DNA from: an uncultured Gammaproteobacteria bacterium
Lineage (GTDB): Bacteria; Patescibacteriota; Microgenomatia; CAZETR01; Amesbacteraceae
DNA length: 64,000 nucleotides
Reading direction: 5' to 3'
Assembly: GCA_964518565.1 (NCBI GenBank)
Contig: CAZFGX010000001.1
Coordinates: forward strand, 139,046-203,045
In this document: positions 17,763 through 28,242 of the stretch, piece after piece
Numbering within the stretch: position 1 is the stretch's first letter
How the letters are laid out: each line of letters begins with the position of its first letter
Made by a program: the position numbers and the translations under genes
The notes under the pieces: model-generated
Told to the model about the DNA's origin: nothing
Seen by the model: the letters and a program-made list of their open reading frames with translations, nothing else
Database searches by the model: none

Positions 17763-19022
17763 ATGGAAAAAATTTTCCAAGTCAGCGAATTTAATGAATA
17801 TATCGGTCTGTACCTAAAACAAACAGGCGAAGTGACTGTCGAAGGTGAGATAAGTGAATACAAGCCATATCAGGCGAAATGGTTATATTTGACAGTAAAA
17901 GATGAATCAGCAAATCTCAATGTATTTGCAGTCACGTACAACATCGCAGGCTGGCAAAGTTTAGAAGTTGGCATGAAGGTTCAAATAACTGGTGTGCCTG
18001 GTCTTCATCAAAAATCTGGCAAATTTAGTCTCAATGCCAATAAAATAATTCCAGCAGGCGAAGGCGCACTGAAACTAGCTTATGAAAAACTTCGACTTCA
18101 ATTGGAGAAAGAGGGAATATTTGACCAATTACGAAAAAGATCTATACCTCAATTTCCACAAACCGTAGGGCTTATTACAGCTCTTGGAAGTGATGCATAT
18201 AACGACGTCGTAAAAGTTCTCAAAGCCAGGTTTGGTGGCATAAAAATTAAGTTCTTCCCCGTCCAAGTCCAAGGAACTTCTGCTCCAGAGTCTATTATAA
18301 AAGTTTTTGAATATTGCAATACTCATCCAGAGCTTCAATTGGATTGTCTTATTCTTACTCGGGGTGGGGGATCATTGGAAGATCTTCAAGCATTTAATAA
18401 TGAACATGTAGTTCGAGCAGTTTTTGGCAGTAAAGTACCGGTTATTTGTGGAATTGGTCACGAAAAAGATATTTCGCTCTGTGATCTAGCGGCTGATCTT
18501 CGAGCATCTACTCCTTCAAACGCAGCCGAATTACTCGTCAAACATAGGGATGAATATTTATCAGCAGTAAACCATCAGATCGTGCGTTTAATTCATGCAA
18601 TTGAAGTGGCGATAAGTGACAAAAAATATCATCTCCAAAGACATCTCTCGTCCATAGAGAGAGCGTCATCGCAACCAAAAAAACTTTTTGATATATATTT
18701 AAATCGTTTGCACAACGCAGCAAATCAAATTAAGTACCAAATCACAAATAAAAAACAACAAACTGATAATCAAAAAGAAAAAATTTGGACAGCTATGCAA
18801 AATGATATGGCGAAACTAATTACAAAAGCAGATTCTTTATCTCGTCTTGTCAAAAATTTTGATTACGAAGAGACATTAAAACGTGGCTTCAGTTTATTGC
18901 GAGACGATGCCGGAAAAATTATCAGATCAATAAACGAAGTAGAAGTGGGTCAGTCTATTTCGCTCCAGATTTCAGATGGTAGAATAAGGTCAACAGTTAA
19001 AGACAAGTCCACGCTGACATGA
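17763..19022 (+). CDS. xseA: Exodeoxyribonuclease VII large subunit
   Basis: OB-fold N-terminus, catalytic core with LILTRGGGSLEDLQAFNNE, GIGHEKD. Confidence 0.85.
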   Translation: MEKIFQVSEFNEYIGLYLKQTGEVTVEGEISEYKPYQAKWLYLTVKDESANLNVFAVTYNIAGWQSLEVGMKVQITGVPGLHQKSGKFSLNANKIIPAGEGALKLAYEKLRLQLEKEGIFDQLRKRSIPQFPQTVGLITALGSDAYNDVVKVLKARFGGIKIKFFPVQVQGTSAPESIIKVFEYCNTHPELQLDCLILTRGGGSLEDLQAFNNEHVVRAVFGSKVPVICGIGHEKDISLCDLAADLRASTPSNAAELLVKHRDEYLSAVNHQIVRLIHAIEVAISDKKYHLQRHLSSIERASSQPKKLFDIYLNRLHNAANQIKYQITNKKQQTDNQKEKIWTAMQNDMAKLITKADSLSRLVKNFDYEETLKRGFSLLRDDAGKIIRSINEVEVGQSISLQISDGRIRSTVKDKSTLT

Positions 19023-19222
19023 AATCTATATCAGAACTCACTTTAGCCGAAGCCTTCAAAGAATTAGAAGAAGTTGTCGCGTCATTTGAATCAGGTCAGA
19101 TTGATATCGAAAAAAGTATTCCCAAATTTCGTCGCGGATTAGAATTATCAAAATATATTAAAGAAAAATTGTCTCAAGTAGAAAACGAAATCGAACAAAT
19201 CAAAGTGGAATTTACCAACTAA
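19019..19222 (+). CDS. xseB: Exodeoxyribonuclease VII small subunit
   Basis: 67-aa helical protein, overlapped ATGA coupling with xseA. Confidence 0.8.
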   Translation: MKSISELTLAEAFKELEEVVASFESGQIDIEKSIPKFRRGLELSKYIKEKLSQVENEIEQIKVEFTN

Positions 19223-19722
19223 TCACGGGAGCGAATAGCCTCCAATGCATCCTTGGTATTTCCGTGTTTCAATGCAGAAAAGAACAATTTTATCGTTTCT
19301 ATAATCACAGGCACCTCTAAATAATCGATCAAAATTGCCACCCATGCCACCCATCCAGGCAAATTTGAACCTTGTCCCGCAAATTGCCCCAGGACAAACT
19401 CGTCCGTAATCCAAAAAATATGTACCAATTGAACGACTAGTGAAAATAAAAACCAACTCGTCTTAAATGAGAACTGTTTTCTAAGTTGATAAACATATAA
19501 TAGACCAGTTGAAAACAAAGCAGGTATCTCAGTGTAATCAACAACAATAATCAACCACTCAAATACCCCGGTTGGAGTAAACAAACTTGAACCGAATAAA
19601 CGTAGCCAAATAACATGGGTCAGTAACCAAAACAAATGAACTACTTGTAAACTAAATAACCCAGCAGAAATACCAACATTGAGTAAATAGTGTCGCTGAT
19701 ACCAATCCCAGAATCGTTTCAT
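19219..19722 (-). CDS. Hypothetical integral membrane protein
   Basis: 167 aa, ~5 hydrophobic helices, Trp-rich; no known domain recognised. Confidence 0.45.
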   Translation of the reverse strand: MKRFWDWYQRHYLLNVGISAGLFSLQVVHLFWLLTHVIWLRLFGSSLFTPTGVFEWLIIVVDYTEIPALFSTGLLYVYQLRKQFSFKTSWFLFSLVVQLVHIFWITDEFVLGQFAGQGSNLPGWVAWVAILIDYLEVPVIIETIKLFFSALKHGNTKDALEAIRSRD

Positions 19723-19751
19723 TCACCTATTGTACCTGCTACACTAAAACT

Positions 19752-20258
19752 ATGAAACATCAGTCAAAAAAGACTGCAGCAGAATATGTTCGGAATTTCA
19801 CCTTTGGAGTAGAAGACAGTCTCGCATCTACCGTTGGTCTTTTATCTGGGATTGCTTCAGCTAGTCAGGCAAACCGCACGATTGTCATTACAGGATTAGT
19901 GTTAATTTTTACTGAAGCATTATCTATGGGTATTGGCAGTTTTCTTTCAGATCAATCAGTTCAAGAATACTCCCGTCACAAGGACGTATCACTATCAAGA
20001 TCCATCCCCTCAGCCCTTATTATGTTTATTTCATATCTTATTGCAGGAATCATACCCATTGCGCCATATATGTGGTTACCCTCGCCATATTCACTATATT
20101 TATCAATTGTTCTAGCTATTTTAGCTTTGGGTTTATTAGGTGCAATCAACGCCAAAATTTCCCATACCAAAGCAAGACCTCATATATTTCGCATGATGAT
20201 TTTAGGCGGCAGTGTGACAGTGGCAGGTGTTGTTATTGGCTCTTTATTACATGGGTAA
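19752..20258 (+). CDS. VIT1/CCC1-family (iron/manganese transporter-like) membrane protein
   Basis: FGVEDSLASTVGLLSGIA motif typical of VIT family; TM helices. Confidence 0.65.
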   Translation: MKHQSKKTAAEYVRNFTFGVEDSLASTVGLLSGIASASQANRTIVITGLVLIFTEALSMGIGSFLSDQSVQEYSRHKDVSLSRSIPSALIMFISYLIAGIIPIAPYMWLPSPYSLYLSIVLAILALGLLGAINAKISHTKARPHIFRMMILGGSVTVAGVVIGSLLHG

Positions 20259-21225
20259 AAACTCCCAACACCTACTCGCTGCATTTATTGGAGCTATAAC
20301 CTTGATAGCTATATATGGTTTATATTTGGTCAAAAACTCCCCAAAATTTGGCCCATCAGCTAGTATTGCGATTGTTCCTTTACTCTCACCCACCACGCCT
20401 CCCACTCCCACACTCAGTCCTTCGCCTACGCTATCGCCGAGTCCTACTCTTACACCTAGTCCTTCGCCTCGTCCATCAGCGACCCCAGTTCCGACTGTAA
20501 AACCAATTTCTGGCCCGCCTGGGTCAGGACTTAGCAGTGTAACGGTTGCAACACCCAGAGGAAATTTTAAGGCCACGATTTTATCGTTTGACACCTCAAC
20601 TACTCGTATGATCACTGATACAGCTCAAGACAATGACTGTGCTAATGATTGTCAAACTCTAGCCCTCAAAGATTTTCTTACACGAAATAATGGTTTCGCC
20701 GGAGTGAATGGTACCTACTTTTGCCCCGATACATACCCTGATTGTCAATCAAAGAAAAATTCTTTTGATTTTCCTGTATACAACACTCGCCTAAACAAAT
20801 GGATTCAAGCAGACAAACTTAGCTGGAATAATAGACGAGCCATTTTTTATACAGACGGATCTGGTGCTCACTATCAACATGATTCAGCCGGATTTAGTGG
20901 TGGATTAAATGCGGGAGTAATAAATTATCCTGGCTTAGTCGATGGATCAAATGTTCAAATAGATGACAATCAGTCAGGTCTTTCTGACAAACAAAAAGCC
21001 AAGGGTACTAAGGTGGGTATTGGTACTCGCAACACGAATAATATTATGGTCGTGATTGCTTACAACGTCGACATGCTTGATTTTGCCCATGTTTTTAAAA
21101 GTCTTGGAGCCACCGGCGCCTTAAATTTAGATACTGGCGGCTCGACAGCGTTGATCTGGGGAGGAAAATATATTGCAGGTCCAGGCAGAGGTTTACCAAA
21201 CGCGATCATCTTCGCTAATAGATAA
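20251..21225 (+). CDS. Phosphodiester glycosidase-family (DUF2233/NAGPA-like) secreted protein with PT/SP-rich linker
   Basis: TM anchor, SPSPT repeats, FAGVNGTYF ... GLVDGS ... VGIGT ... ALNLDTGGSTAL pattern of phosphodiester glycosidase domain; start 20251 overlaps stop of previous gene. Confidence 0.55.
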   Translation: MGKNSQHLLAAFIGAITLIAIYGLYLVKNSPKFGPSASIAIVPLLSPTTPPTPTLSPSPTLSPSPTLTPSPSPRPSATPVPTVKPISGPPGSGLSSVTVATPRGNFKATILSFDTSTTRMITDTAQDNDCANDCQTLALKDFLTRNNGFAGVNGTYFCPDTYPDCQSKKNSFDFPVYNTRLNKWIQADKLSWNNRRAIFYTDGSGAHYQHDSAGFSGGLNAGVINYPGLVDGSNVQIDDNQSGLSDKQKAKGTKVGIGTRNTNNIMVVIAYNVDMLDFAHVFKSLGATGALNLDTGGSTALIWGGKYIAGPGRGLPNAIIFANR

Positions 21226-21254
21226 TCACAAGAATCCATGGTACAGTAATTTTC

Positions 21255-21704
21255 ATGCAAGACGATATTCAAACACCACTCGAAGCCGAAATAGTTTCTG
21301 ATCCAAGTATTCCTGAAGTAGTTCAGGCAAATCTCGATCTAGTCGGCATGATCAATAACTATGTAGCCCAAATGGATGGAATAAATACTGAAGTACATAA
21401 ATATCGCGACATGCTCAATTCTATGTTTGAAAGTGATGCCACATATCAAACCCACGACTTAGCTGTTAAAGAAGCTCAAAAAGTCCGCAATGCCACGAAA
21501 AAACAAATCATGAAATTGCCACAAGCTGCTGATTTAGCCTCTCGTATTCAAGATCTTAAAAAACAAACCAAAGAACTTGGCACATCGTTATCTGATTATC
21601 TCAAAGATTATGAAAAAACTACCGGATCAAGACATATCGAAGGCTTGGATGGTCAAATTCGTGAAATTGTGTATACTGCCAAACTGGTCAAAAAATTAGA
21701 ATAA
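21255..21704 (+). CDS. Hypothetical coiled-coil protein
   Basis: 149-aa ORF, no recognised domain. Confidence 0.4.
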   Translation: MQDDIQTPLEAEIVSDPSIPEVVQANLDLVGMINNYVAQMDGINTEVHKYRDMLNSMFESDATYQTHDLAVKEAQKVRNATKKQIMKLPQAADLASRIQDLKKQTKELGTSLSDYLKDYEKTTGSRHIEGLDGQIREIVYTAKLVKKLE

Positions 21705-21709
21705 TATTC

Positions 21710-22372
21710 ATGAAACTGTCCAAAGCGCTCCTTGCCCTCGCTGCAAGTTCCGTCGTGGCAATAATTGTTTTGCAGTTTGGTATTCCCAAAATGGCTCAAC
21801 AAGGCATTGCTCTTGGTTGTACACCTCTGACTGATTCTGGTGAAACTGATCCTTCAGATACAATCGCAATATGGGAAAACCACATGGTAGAGCCAGCCTT
21901 GGCATTGAACACCAATTTATCTCCCCAAGACCAAAAAGTCCTTGGTGCAACGGCTGAAACCAAAAGAATAGACGTAAATTTAACAACTCAAATGTTAACA
22001 GCTTATGAAGGCGACAAGATTTTTTTGACCAGCCTGATATCTAGTGGACTTTGGAACAAAACTCCAGTCGGACAGTATGAAATTTGGTACAAAATAGTCT
22101 CGACGAAAATGGAAGGCGGCATTAAAGGCCAGCGATCATATTACTATTTACCGAATGTCCCATTTGATATGTTCTTCAATGGTGACATTGGCATCCATGG
22201 CGCATATTGGCACAATAATTTTGGTCAACCAATGAGTCACGGTTGTGTCAACACACCTACCCCAGTCGCTGAACAACTCTTTTATTGGTCCGATCCGCAA
22301 ATTCCTGAAGGTAAAAAAGCTGTCCGTTCCTCTCCTGAAAATCCTGGCACTAAAGTAATAGTGCACTATTAA
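21710..22372 (+). CDS. L,D-transpeptidase (YkuD domain) with N-terminal anchor
   Basis: RIDVNLTTQMLTAYEG...FFNGDIGIHGAYWHNNFGQPMSHGCVNTP (catalytic His ... SHGC). Confidence 0.8.
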   Translation: MKLSKALLALAASSVVAIIVLQFGIPKMAQQGIALGCTPLTDSGETDPSDTIAIWENHMVEPALALNTNLSPQDQKVLGATAETKRIDVNLTTQMLTAYEGDKIFLTSLISSGLWNKTPVGQYEIWYKIVSTKMEGGIKGQRSYYYLPNVPFDMFFNGDIGIHGAYWHNNFGQPMSHGCVNTPTPVAEQLFYWSDPQIPEGKKAVRSSPENPGTKVIVHY

Positions 22373-22380
22373 ATTTCCGT

Positions 22381-22410
22381 TTGACAATTTGTCACTCCTA
22401 GTGTTAGACT
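22381..22410 (+). promoter_or_regulatory. Candidate sigma70-type promoter for lon (TTGACA - 18 nt - TGtTAGACT)
   Basis: TTGACA at 22381 with extended -10-like TG-TAGACT ~15 nt before the lon ATG. Confidence 0.3.
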
Positions 22411-22424
22411 GCTAATCTACAACT

Positions 22425-24845
22425 ATGGCATTTTCGTTAACCCCTTCATCTTCCGATAACAGATCTTATCCCGTCGTTGCCCTGCGTGAAGGCGTTGTTT
22501 TTCCTCATACTGAAGCCCATCTCACGTTTGGTCGACCCAAAAGTGCAGCTGCCATCGAATCCGCCATTAAATCCGACAAACAAATTGTTTTTGTTGCCCA
22601 AAAAAACTCTACTCAAAACCCTGAAGAATCAGATTTATATGATATTGGTACATTGTGTGTAGTCGAACAAGTCGCTCCCTATGGCAATGAATTATTAGCC
22701 TTAGTCAAAGGTATTAGTCGAGTCAAAATCGCCAAACATACCGCAAGTGAACCTTTTTTCACCGCCCCAATAGAACAAATTTCCGAAAACACGGTCGAGA
22801 CCGATGCTATTGTTGCCCTTGGTCGCCAAATTTTGACTGAATTCAAAAACTCATTCAACATGGGCAAATCAGTAGAGTTTCCCGTCTTTATGCGCCTAAT
22901 GGCTGGTGTTTCCGCTTCTGAATTAGTCGATCAGGTTGCGAATGCTCTAGATATCGCCACAGAAATAAAACAAGAGATTTTGGAAACAACCGATTTACAA
23001 AAACGCTTGGAGAAAGTCTTGGCACAATTGGTTCATGAAACAAAAGTCTTGGAACTAGAAAAATCGATTTCGAATAAAACTCATGCAAAATTTGAACGCA
23101 ATATGCGCCAGCAGATCCTTCAAGAACGCAAGCGTACGATTCAAGAAGAATTAGAAAAAATGGGCGCTGAAGACGAATCTGATGATGACGATATTGCTCG
23201 GTTGAAAAAAGCTATCAAAGCGGCTCATATGCCAGAAGCAGTCAAGACCAAAGCTGAAAAAGAATTAGGCCGGCTGATTCAAATGAGTCCAAATAATCCT
23301 GAATCAAATTACATCAGAACGTATCTAGATTGGTTGGTAGATATGCCGTGGAGTCTCGCGTCAAAAAGCCGAGTTTCTTTGGAAAACGCTGCCGAAATTC
23401 TTGACGCAGATCACTATGGTTTAAAAAAAGTTAAAGAACGCATTTTAGAATATTTAGCCGTCATGAAAATGCGCCAAAAAAATACAGGCTCATCTGATCG
23501 AAAAAGTATGGCCATTTTGTGTTTTGCCGGTCCTCCCGGAGTAGGTAAGACCTCGATCGGTAAATCCATAGCTCGGGCACTGGGCCGCAAATTTATCCGT
23601 GTTTCTTTGGGTGGAGTGCGTGATGAAGCCGAAGTTCGTGGTCATCGCCGAACGTATGTCGGTGCAATGCCTGGCCGTCTGCTTCAAGGTATCAAAAATG
23701 CCAAATCCAAAAACCCAGTATTTATGTTGGACGAGATCGACAAGCTCGCATCCGATTATCGTGGTGACCCTTCATCTGCTCTGTTAGAAGCCTTAGATCC
23801 TGAACAAAACAAAGAATTTTCAGATCACTATCTGGAAGTTCCCTTCGATTTGTCCGAAGTTATGTTTATCGCCACTGCAAATATGTTGGACAATATTCCA
23901 CCTGCCTTGCGTGATCGTATGGAAATTATCACTTTTCCGGGCTATACACTAGAAGAAAAAGCTCACATTGCCGCTACTCATCTTTGGCCAAAGCAGCTAG
24001 AAGCCAGCGGATTACCCAAGTCATTTACCATTGATCACGCCGCTTTGCTGCATATTATCAAGCGCTATACCAGAGAAGCAGGTGTTCGTGATCTAGAGAG
24101 ACAATTAGCCAAAATTTGCCGCAAATTAGCCAGAAATTTGGCGGAAAAAAAGCCAGTAAACAATCACATTGCCATGGAAGATGTCAAAAAATTATTAGGT
24201 CCAGAACGTCTACCTGAAACTTTTGCCGAGACCACAGATCAAGTTGGTATTGCTACAGGTATGTCCTGGAGTGAATCTGGTGGTGACATTTTGTTTATTG
24301 AAGTAGTGCTCATGCCAGGCAGAGGTGAGCTGAAGCTAACCGGCCAACTGGGCGACGTCATGAAAGAATCTGCCCAAGCAGCCTATTCATATGTGCGTAG
24401 TCGTTGGCAAGAGTTGGGTCTGAAGCCAGATTTCTATCGCAGACAAGATATTCATATCCACGTCCCCGAAGGCGCTATACCCAAAGACGGTCCTTCTGCT
24501 GGGGTAGCAATCACCACCGCCTTAGTCTCTGCCTTCACTGGTCGACCTGTACGACGAGATATTTCAATGACTGGAGAAATCACCTTACGCGGACGAGTCA
24601 GTGAAATTGGTGGAGTAAAAGAAAAAGTCATCGCTGCTCACCGGGCAGGTATTCATGAAGTCATTTTGCCCAAAGATAATGAAAAAGATGTCATCGAAGA
24701 CGTACCGCAAGAAATTAAGAACGACCTGAAATTCCATTTTGTCTCGCACATGGATCAAGCTTTAGCAATTGCTCTAAAAGAGACTTCAGATAGGCCAATT
24801 CGCACATCTCCCAAAGACCAATTTTCCACCCCTGTTTTGGCATAA
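22425..24845 (+). CDS. lon: ATP-dependent protease Lon
   Basis: LON N-domain, AAA+ GPPGVGKTS, protease domain [15 protein letters not shown] (Ser) and K dyad. Confidence 0.95.
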   Translation: MAFSLTPSSSDNRSYPVVALREGVVFPHTEAHLTFGRPKSAAAIESAIKSDKQIVFVAQKNSTQNPEESDLYDIGTLCVVEQVAPYGNELLALVKGISRVKIAKHTASEPFFTAPIEQISENTVETDAIVALGRQILTEFKNSFNMGKSVEFPVFMRLMAGVSASELVDQVANALDIATEIKQEILETTDLQKRLEKVLAQLVHETKVLELEKSISNKTHAKFERNMRQQILQERKRTIQEELEKMGAEDESDDDDIARLKKAIKAAHMPEAVKTKAEKELGRLIQMSPNNPESNYIRTYLDWLVDMPWSLASKSRVSLENAAEILDADHYGLKKVKERILEYLAVMKMRQKNTGSSDRKSMAILCFAGPPGVGKTSIGKSIARALGRKFIRVSLGGVRDEAEVRGHRRTYVGAMPGRLLQGIKNAKSKNPVFMLDEIDKLASDYRGDPSSALLEALDPEQNKEFSDHYLEVPFDLSEVMFIATANMLDNIPPALRDRMEIITFPGYTLEEKAHIAATHLWPKQLEASGLPKSFTIDHAALLHIIKRYTREAGVRDLERQLAKICRKLARNLAEKKPVNNHIAMEDVKKLLGPERLPETFAETTDQVGIATGMSWSESGGDILFIEVVLMPGRGELKLTGQLGDVMKESAQAAYSYVRSRWQELGLKPDFYRRQDIHIHVPEGAIPKDGPSAGVAITTALVSAFTGRPVRRDISMTGEITLRGRVSEIGGVKEKVIAAHRAGIHEVILPKDNEKDVIEDVPQEIKNDLKFHFVSHMDQALAIALKETSDRPIRTSPKDQFSTPVLA

Positions 24846-24880
24846 AAAAGGCGCAGAGTTCTCACTCCACGCCTGTAGAT

Positions 24881-25309
24881 TTACTTCTTTTTGAAGAATG
24901 CAAATTTTTGTATCGCCTGTCGGGCAATAAACGTCGAATCCGCCACCATCAACCAAAAAACTATTACTGTGAGGCCGACATACATTAAACCACCCTTAAT
25001 AATCACTTCACCTGCCTCAAAAGAGCCAGAAACAAAAACCCCCACTCCTAGCAATGCCAACAGAATACCAAATGGCATTTGAGTTAGAGTAATAGCACAA
25101 AAGTCTATTCGAGTTTTGTATCCAGTGATATATATGATCAAGAAACCGACACAAGCAATCAAACCCCGGAAAGAATCTTTTGGCTGTATTCCATCAAGAA
25201 AATACATTTTGCCGACAATTGCCAAAAGTATTAGTGCTCCCAGAGCTGCCAAACTACAAAGTATTTTTTCGAGCAGGGTAAATGCCTGAACATTCTTGAC
25301 TAAAACCAT
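24881..25309 (-). CDS. Hypothetical integral membrane protein
   Basis: 142 aa, 4 predicted TM helices. Confidence 0.45.
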   Translation of the reverse strand: MVLVKNVQAFTLLEKILCSLAALGALILLAIVGKMYFLDGIQPKDSFRGLIACVGFLIIYITGYKTRIDFCAITLTQMPFGILLALLGVGVFVSGSFEAGEVIIKGGLMYVGLTVIVFWLMVADSTFIARQAIQKFAFFKKK

Positions 25310-25337
25310 AACTACCTCCGTACTTTTACTGCTTCAA

Positions 25338-25532
25338 TCATCGTTGTCCTCTACTAACAAGCCAAATAATTGCCACCACCACATATAAGACAGTGGTAAC
25401 AATAATTGGCGCCGGGTTAATAGACATCCAATCTTCGGCTGTCTCATACGCACTTTGCCCCAGATACCCCTGCGAACCAACCAGTAGCAGAGGGGGAAAA
25501 GCCGCATACAAAATCATCCATACCAGATTCAT
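25338..25532 (-). CDS. Hypothetical small membrane protein
   Basis: 64 aa, two hydrophobic helices. Confidence 0.35.
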   Translation of the reverse strand: MNLVWMILYAAFPPLLLVGSQGYLGQSAYETAEDWMSINPAPIIVTTVLYVVVAIIWLVSRGQR

Positions 25533-25541
25533 CTCTGCCTC

Positions 25542-25844
25542 CTATAATATTTGTCGAGAATATCGAGGATCTCTACACTGTTTCCAGTCCCCTCCATCCA
25601 CGGTCACTTCCCACCAATGACAAAGTTCTTTTTCACCCTCAAGACAAACATAGGGCACAAGCAAGTCAAAAACCAATGGGGTAGACAATGAAGGTACGGG
25701 ATACTTTGTTCGCAATGTAGCCAAATTTGACCCTTGCCAGACTACTTGGACATGTTCTTTGTTTGCCGTCACAACCTTTCTCCACACGCGATACATAACA
25801 ACCTCCTTCAAATTGTTTAAGTGCAAAAAACTCCTTCTTCGCAA
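25542..25844 (-). CDS. Hypothetical protein
   Basis: 100-aa ORF (possibly starting at internal MYRVW...), no recognised domain. Confidence 0.4.
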   Translation of the reverse strand: MRRRSFLHLNNLKEVVMYRVWRKVVTANKEHVQVVWQGSNLATLRTKYPVPSLSTPLVFDLLVPYVCLEGEKELCHWWEVTVDGGDWKQCRDPRYSRQIL

Positions 25845-25861
25845 TTGAAGTTGAGTTTCTG

Positions 25862-25933
25862 TGACCTCACGGAGAATCGAACTCCGATTATCAGGATGAG
25901 AACCTGACGTCCTAGCCGTTAGACGATGAGGCC
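25862..25933 (-). tRNA. tRNA-Glu (anticodon CUC), CCA not encoded
   Basis: Minus-strand read 5'-GGCCTCA TC GTCT AACGGCTA GGAC G TCAGG TTCTCAT CCTGA TAATC GGAGT TCGATTC TCCGT GAGGTC A-3'; cloverleaf folds with anticodon loop UU-CUC-AU. Confidence 0.8.
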
Positions 25934-25976
25934 TATACTCATATTTTACAGTATTTCTCTAAAATATCCTATAATA

Positions 25977-26005
25977 TTGATTTTTCGGTCAAAATAAGCT
26001 AAAAT
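25977..26005 (+). promoter_or_regulatory. Candidate sigma70 promoter TTGATT-N17-TAAAAT for the 26099 operon
   Basis: Spacing exactly 17 nt; ~90 nt upstream of ATG 26099 which carries RBS AAGGAGG. Confidence 0.45.
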
Positions 26006-26098
26006 AGCCTCATCATCTGGGCAAATTGAATATATGCTATTCAACCAAGCACAGAGACGTTTCATAGCACATTTTCAATTTGCGGATAAGGAGGTTTT

Positions 26099-26494
26099 AT
26101 GCTGATGAGTAATGCTGAGTGTTTCGAAGACTTTCGCCAACAGGCAGTTGAACAACAGCTTTGTTTTGCCGTACATCCCCATCCAAAAAGTGATGAAGTC
26201 GTGTTCAATGTTTATTACAACTTAGGCGACATCTATTTTCTAGCCGATCCTCAAAAAGTGCGCCAGCTTGTAGATTTTGCCCGTCAACATGCTATACAAA
26301 ACCATGCAGATGAACATGTTCAAAATTCAGGCTATGGCCTATTAGAGTGTGTTTGTAACACCGGTCCACTCAATCGCAACGAGAAGTTTGTTATTTGGGA
26401 ACAATGGTTTTATGACCGGGGAAATTCATCTCGAATTTCTCTAGCGGATTGGTTAGAGATGTGGGGCTACAAAGTCCCCGCGTTTGAAGCATAA
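26099..26494 (+). CDS. Hypothetical protein
   Basis: 131 aa, strong RBS AAGGAGGT; no recognisable domain. Confidence 0.5.
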   Translation: MLMSNAECFEDFRQQAVEQQLCFAVHPHPKSDEVVFNVYYNLGDIYFLADPQKVRQLVDFARQHAIQNHADEHVQNSGYGLLECVCNTGPLNRNEKFVIWEQWFYDRGNSSRISLADWLEMWGYKVPAFEA

Positions 26495-26532
26495 TAATTT
26501 TCAAATTGCAGTAGAAAAGGAGTTAAAAGATT

Positions 26533-26997
26533 ATGGGTTTTCATCCTTGTGCAATGTGTAATGGTGGCGGAGCATTTTCGCCAAACAGTAGTTCAGACAT
26601 TGTCATAGTTTTTAAAGTACCAGTGAAAAGCCAGCCTGGTTTTATGAGCCAGTTGGTGCCAAAAGAAAAACTTGAAAACGCGACACGTTCATGGCAATTT
26701 CCAATTGGTATCCTCCATTATGTTTTTGACCACAGGTATATCCCATCAGAAGACTTTCAAAAAGCCTGTCTGGAATGGCTACCGATCAATTCTCAATGGC
26801 ATCAAACTCGATCAACGAACGACACTGTTCATACTGCCCCCGGAGTGACGCCTATCGGTTATCTTGGAACAGAAATACCTATCGGTGGAAGATTGTTGCC
26901 AGGTTTCAAAGCCAAGTTGTTACAAATCTGTCAGAGAGTGGCAGACGAAACCCACCACGAGATTCCATTTGAAGACGAAACAAAAATTCGGTATTAA
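26533..26997 (+). CDS. Hypothetical protein
   Basis: 154 aa, RBS AAGGAG; no recognisable domain. Confidence 0.5.
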   Translation: MGFHPCAMCNGGGAFSPNSSSDIVIVFKVPVKSQPGFMSQLVPKEKLENATRSWQFPIGILHYVFDHRYIPSEDFQKACLEWLPINSQWHQTRSTNDTVHTAPGVTPIGYLGTEIPIGGRLLPGFKAKLLQICQRVADETHHEIPFEDETKIRY

Positions 26998-27024
26998 ATC
27001 CGCAAATTTATAAAAATGTGCCAA

Positions 27025-27062
27025 GGCGCCTGGAGGGGATTTCCTCAATAGGCGCTTTTTTC
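27025..27062 (+). terminator. Rho-independent terminator
   Basis: GCGCCTGGAGG-ggattt-CCTCaatAGGCGC hairpin followed by TTTTTTCT. Confidence 0.55.
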
Positions 27063-27172
27063 TTGCCCGCCCTGCTATAATCGAGCCTATAATTCGCCAA
27101 AAATGCATCGCGCATGAAAAAACCTGACGAATTATGTGTACTTTTGAAAAACGATCGAATTAGGAGGGATTT

Positions 27173-27406
27173 ATGCAAATCATCTGCTGTGAATGTAATG
27201 AAGATAAAAAGAAATGTTCTCGTAGTGTGGAAATTTCCAATGAGCAAAAAGATTCATACCAAAAACGCGGATTGACATTAATTGTTGATGGCTGTCCAAA
27301 TGGGCCAAGTGCGGATTCTACTTTAGTCGAAACCTGTGATGGGTACAAATTGTACCGACCCCAAAGAATGCAAATCGATCCTATCGATCTCGAATTACTA
27401 GATTGA
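27173..27406 (+). CDS. Hypothetical Cys-rich small protein
   Basis: 77 aa, RBS AGGAGGG; CCEC...C...C...C pattern (possible metal-binding). Confidence 0.45.
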   Translation: MQIICCECNEDKKKCSRSVEISNEQKDSYQKRGLTLIVDGCPNGPSADSTLVETCDGYKLYRPQRMQIDPIDLELLD

Positions 27407-27410
27407 CCAC

Positions 27411-27458
27411 AAAAAAAGGGCAGGTGGTGCGTTTTGCACCTCCTGCCCAACTTTTTAT
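27411..27458. terminator. Bidirectional rho-independent terminator between convergent genes
   Basis: AAAAAAA-GGGCAGGTGGTGC-gtttt-GCACCTCCTGCCC-aaCTTTTTAT; 13-bp stem with A-run and T-run on either side. Confidence 0.7.
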
Positions 27459-27467
27459 CTCAAAGAG

Positions 27468-27926
27468 TTAGAGAGCGTGAATCTCGTGTGCTTCTACACT
27501 CACACGCCAACCAACTTCTTCTTTCACCTTCTTTCCTTTATGCATGATGCAAGTAATTACTGCTCCTCGCACGACTTTATCTCCATACCGGCTCGGAATA
27601 GTTTCAATACGCACCAAAGCATCCAGCTCAGACTCCTTACCACCACGACAAAACCGAAATGATTCACCGATATTGATCCAATTAAAGTCTTTTTCAGTCG
27701 TTGTCGGAAAAAACACCTGACTAGGCTTAGCTTCAAATACTCGGCCGCCTTCTACTGTCTGAAATTCCAGTTTATTTTCAGGCAGATAACGTAGAAGCCG
27801 ACACAGATCAAATTCTTTCGACTTTCGTTCGACAACCACCAACGAACAGACGACCAGATCAGCAATCTGGCGATCAGATAGTCGTACTCGACTAATTTGT
27901 TTTTTGCTCATTATCTCCCTCCACAT
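27468..27926 (-). CDS. Hypothetical protein (third gene of minus-strand operon)
   Basis: 152 aa (probable start at internal MSKKQ), overlaps upstream gene. Confidence 0.45.
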   Translation of the reverse strand: MWREIMSKKQISRVRLSDRQIADLVVCSLVVVERKSKEFDLCRLLRYLPENKLEFQTVEGGRVFEAKPSQVFFPTTTEKDFNWINIGESFRFCRGGKESELDALVRIETIPSRYGDKVVRGAVITCIMHKGKKVKEEVGWRVSVEAHEIHAL

Positions 27927-28233
27927 ACAAATGGATTCGAAGCGGTTCTACACGATCGCCAGCTTTATAATTTAGCGTACTTCCTTGCTCAAGTATCTGC
28001 AAAATTTCAGCTTCAACATACGATCGATGTTTGACAATCACCCGTATCTTCGCTAGCACCCGAAACTCGTCATTGCCCATCTCCCATTGCAGTTCGCTGC
28101 CTTCTTGTACAATGTCTCTGAATTCTTGCGCTGATATCGGCCTGAACTCTGCCATATAACCTCCATTTACTATCAATGTACCAATATCGGCATGTTCCGA
28201 TATTGTCGCGATATTGTACAGATTTATAGACAA
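27892..28233 (-). CDS. Hypothetical protein (second gene of minus-strand operon)
   Basis: 113 aa, no recognised domain. Confidence 0.45.
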   Translation of the reverse strand: MSINLYNIATISEHADIGTLIVNGGYMAEFRPISAQEFRDIVQEGSELQWEMGNDEFRVLAKIRVIVKHRSYVEAEILQILEQGSTLNYKAGDRVEPLRIHLYVEGDNEQKTN

Positions 28234-28242
28234 AAATTCAAA

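Noticed and set aside
24846-24880. Possible terminator after lon (AGGCG...CGCCT)
   Set aside because: The stem is only 5 bp with a 16-nt loop and no adjacent T-run. Too weak to call.
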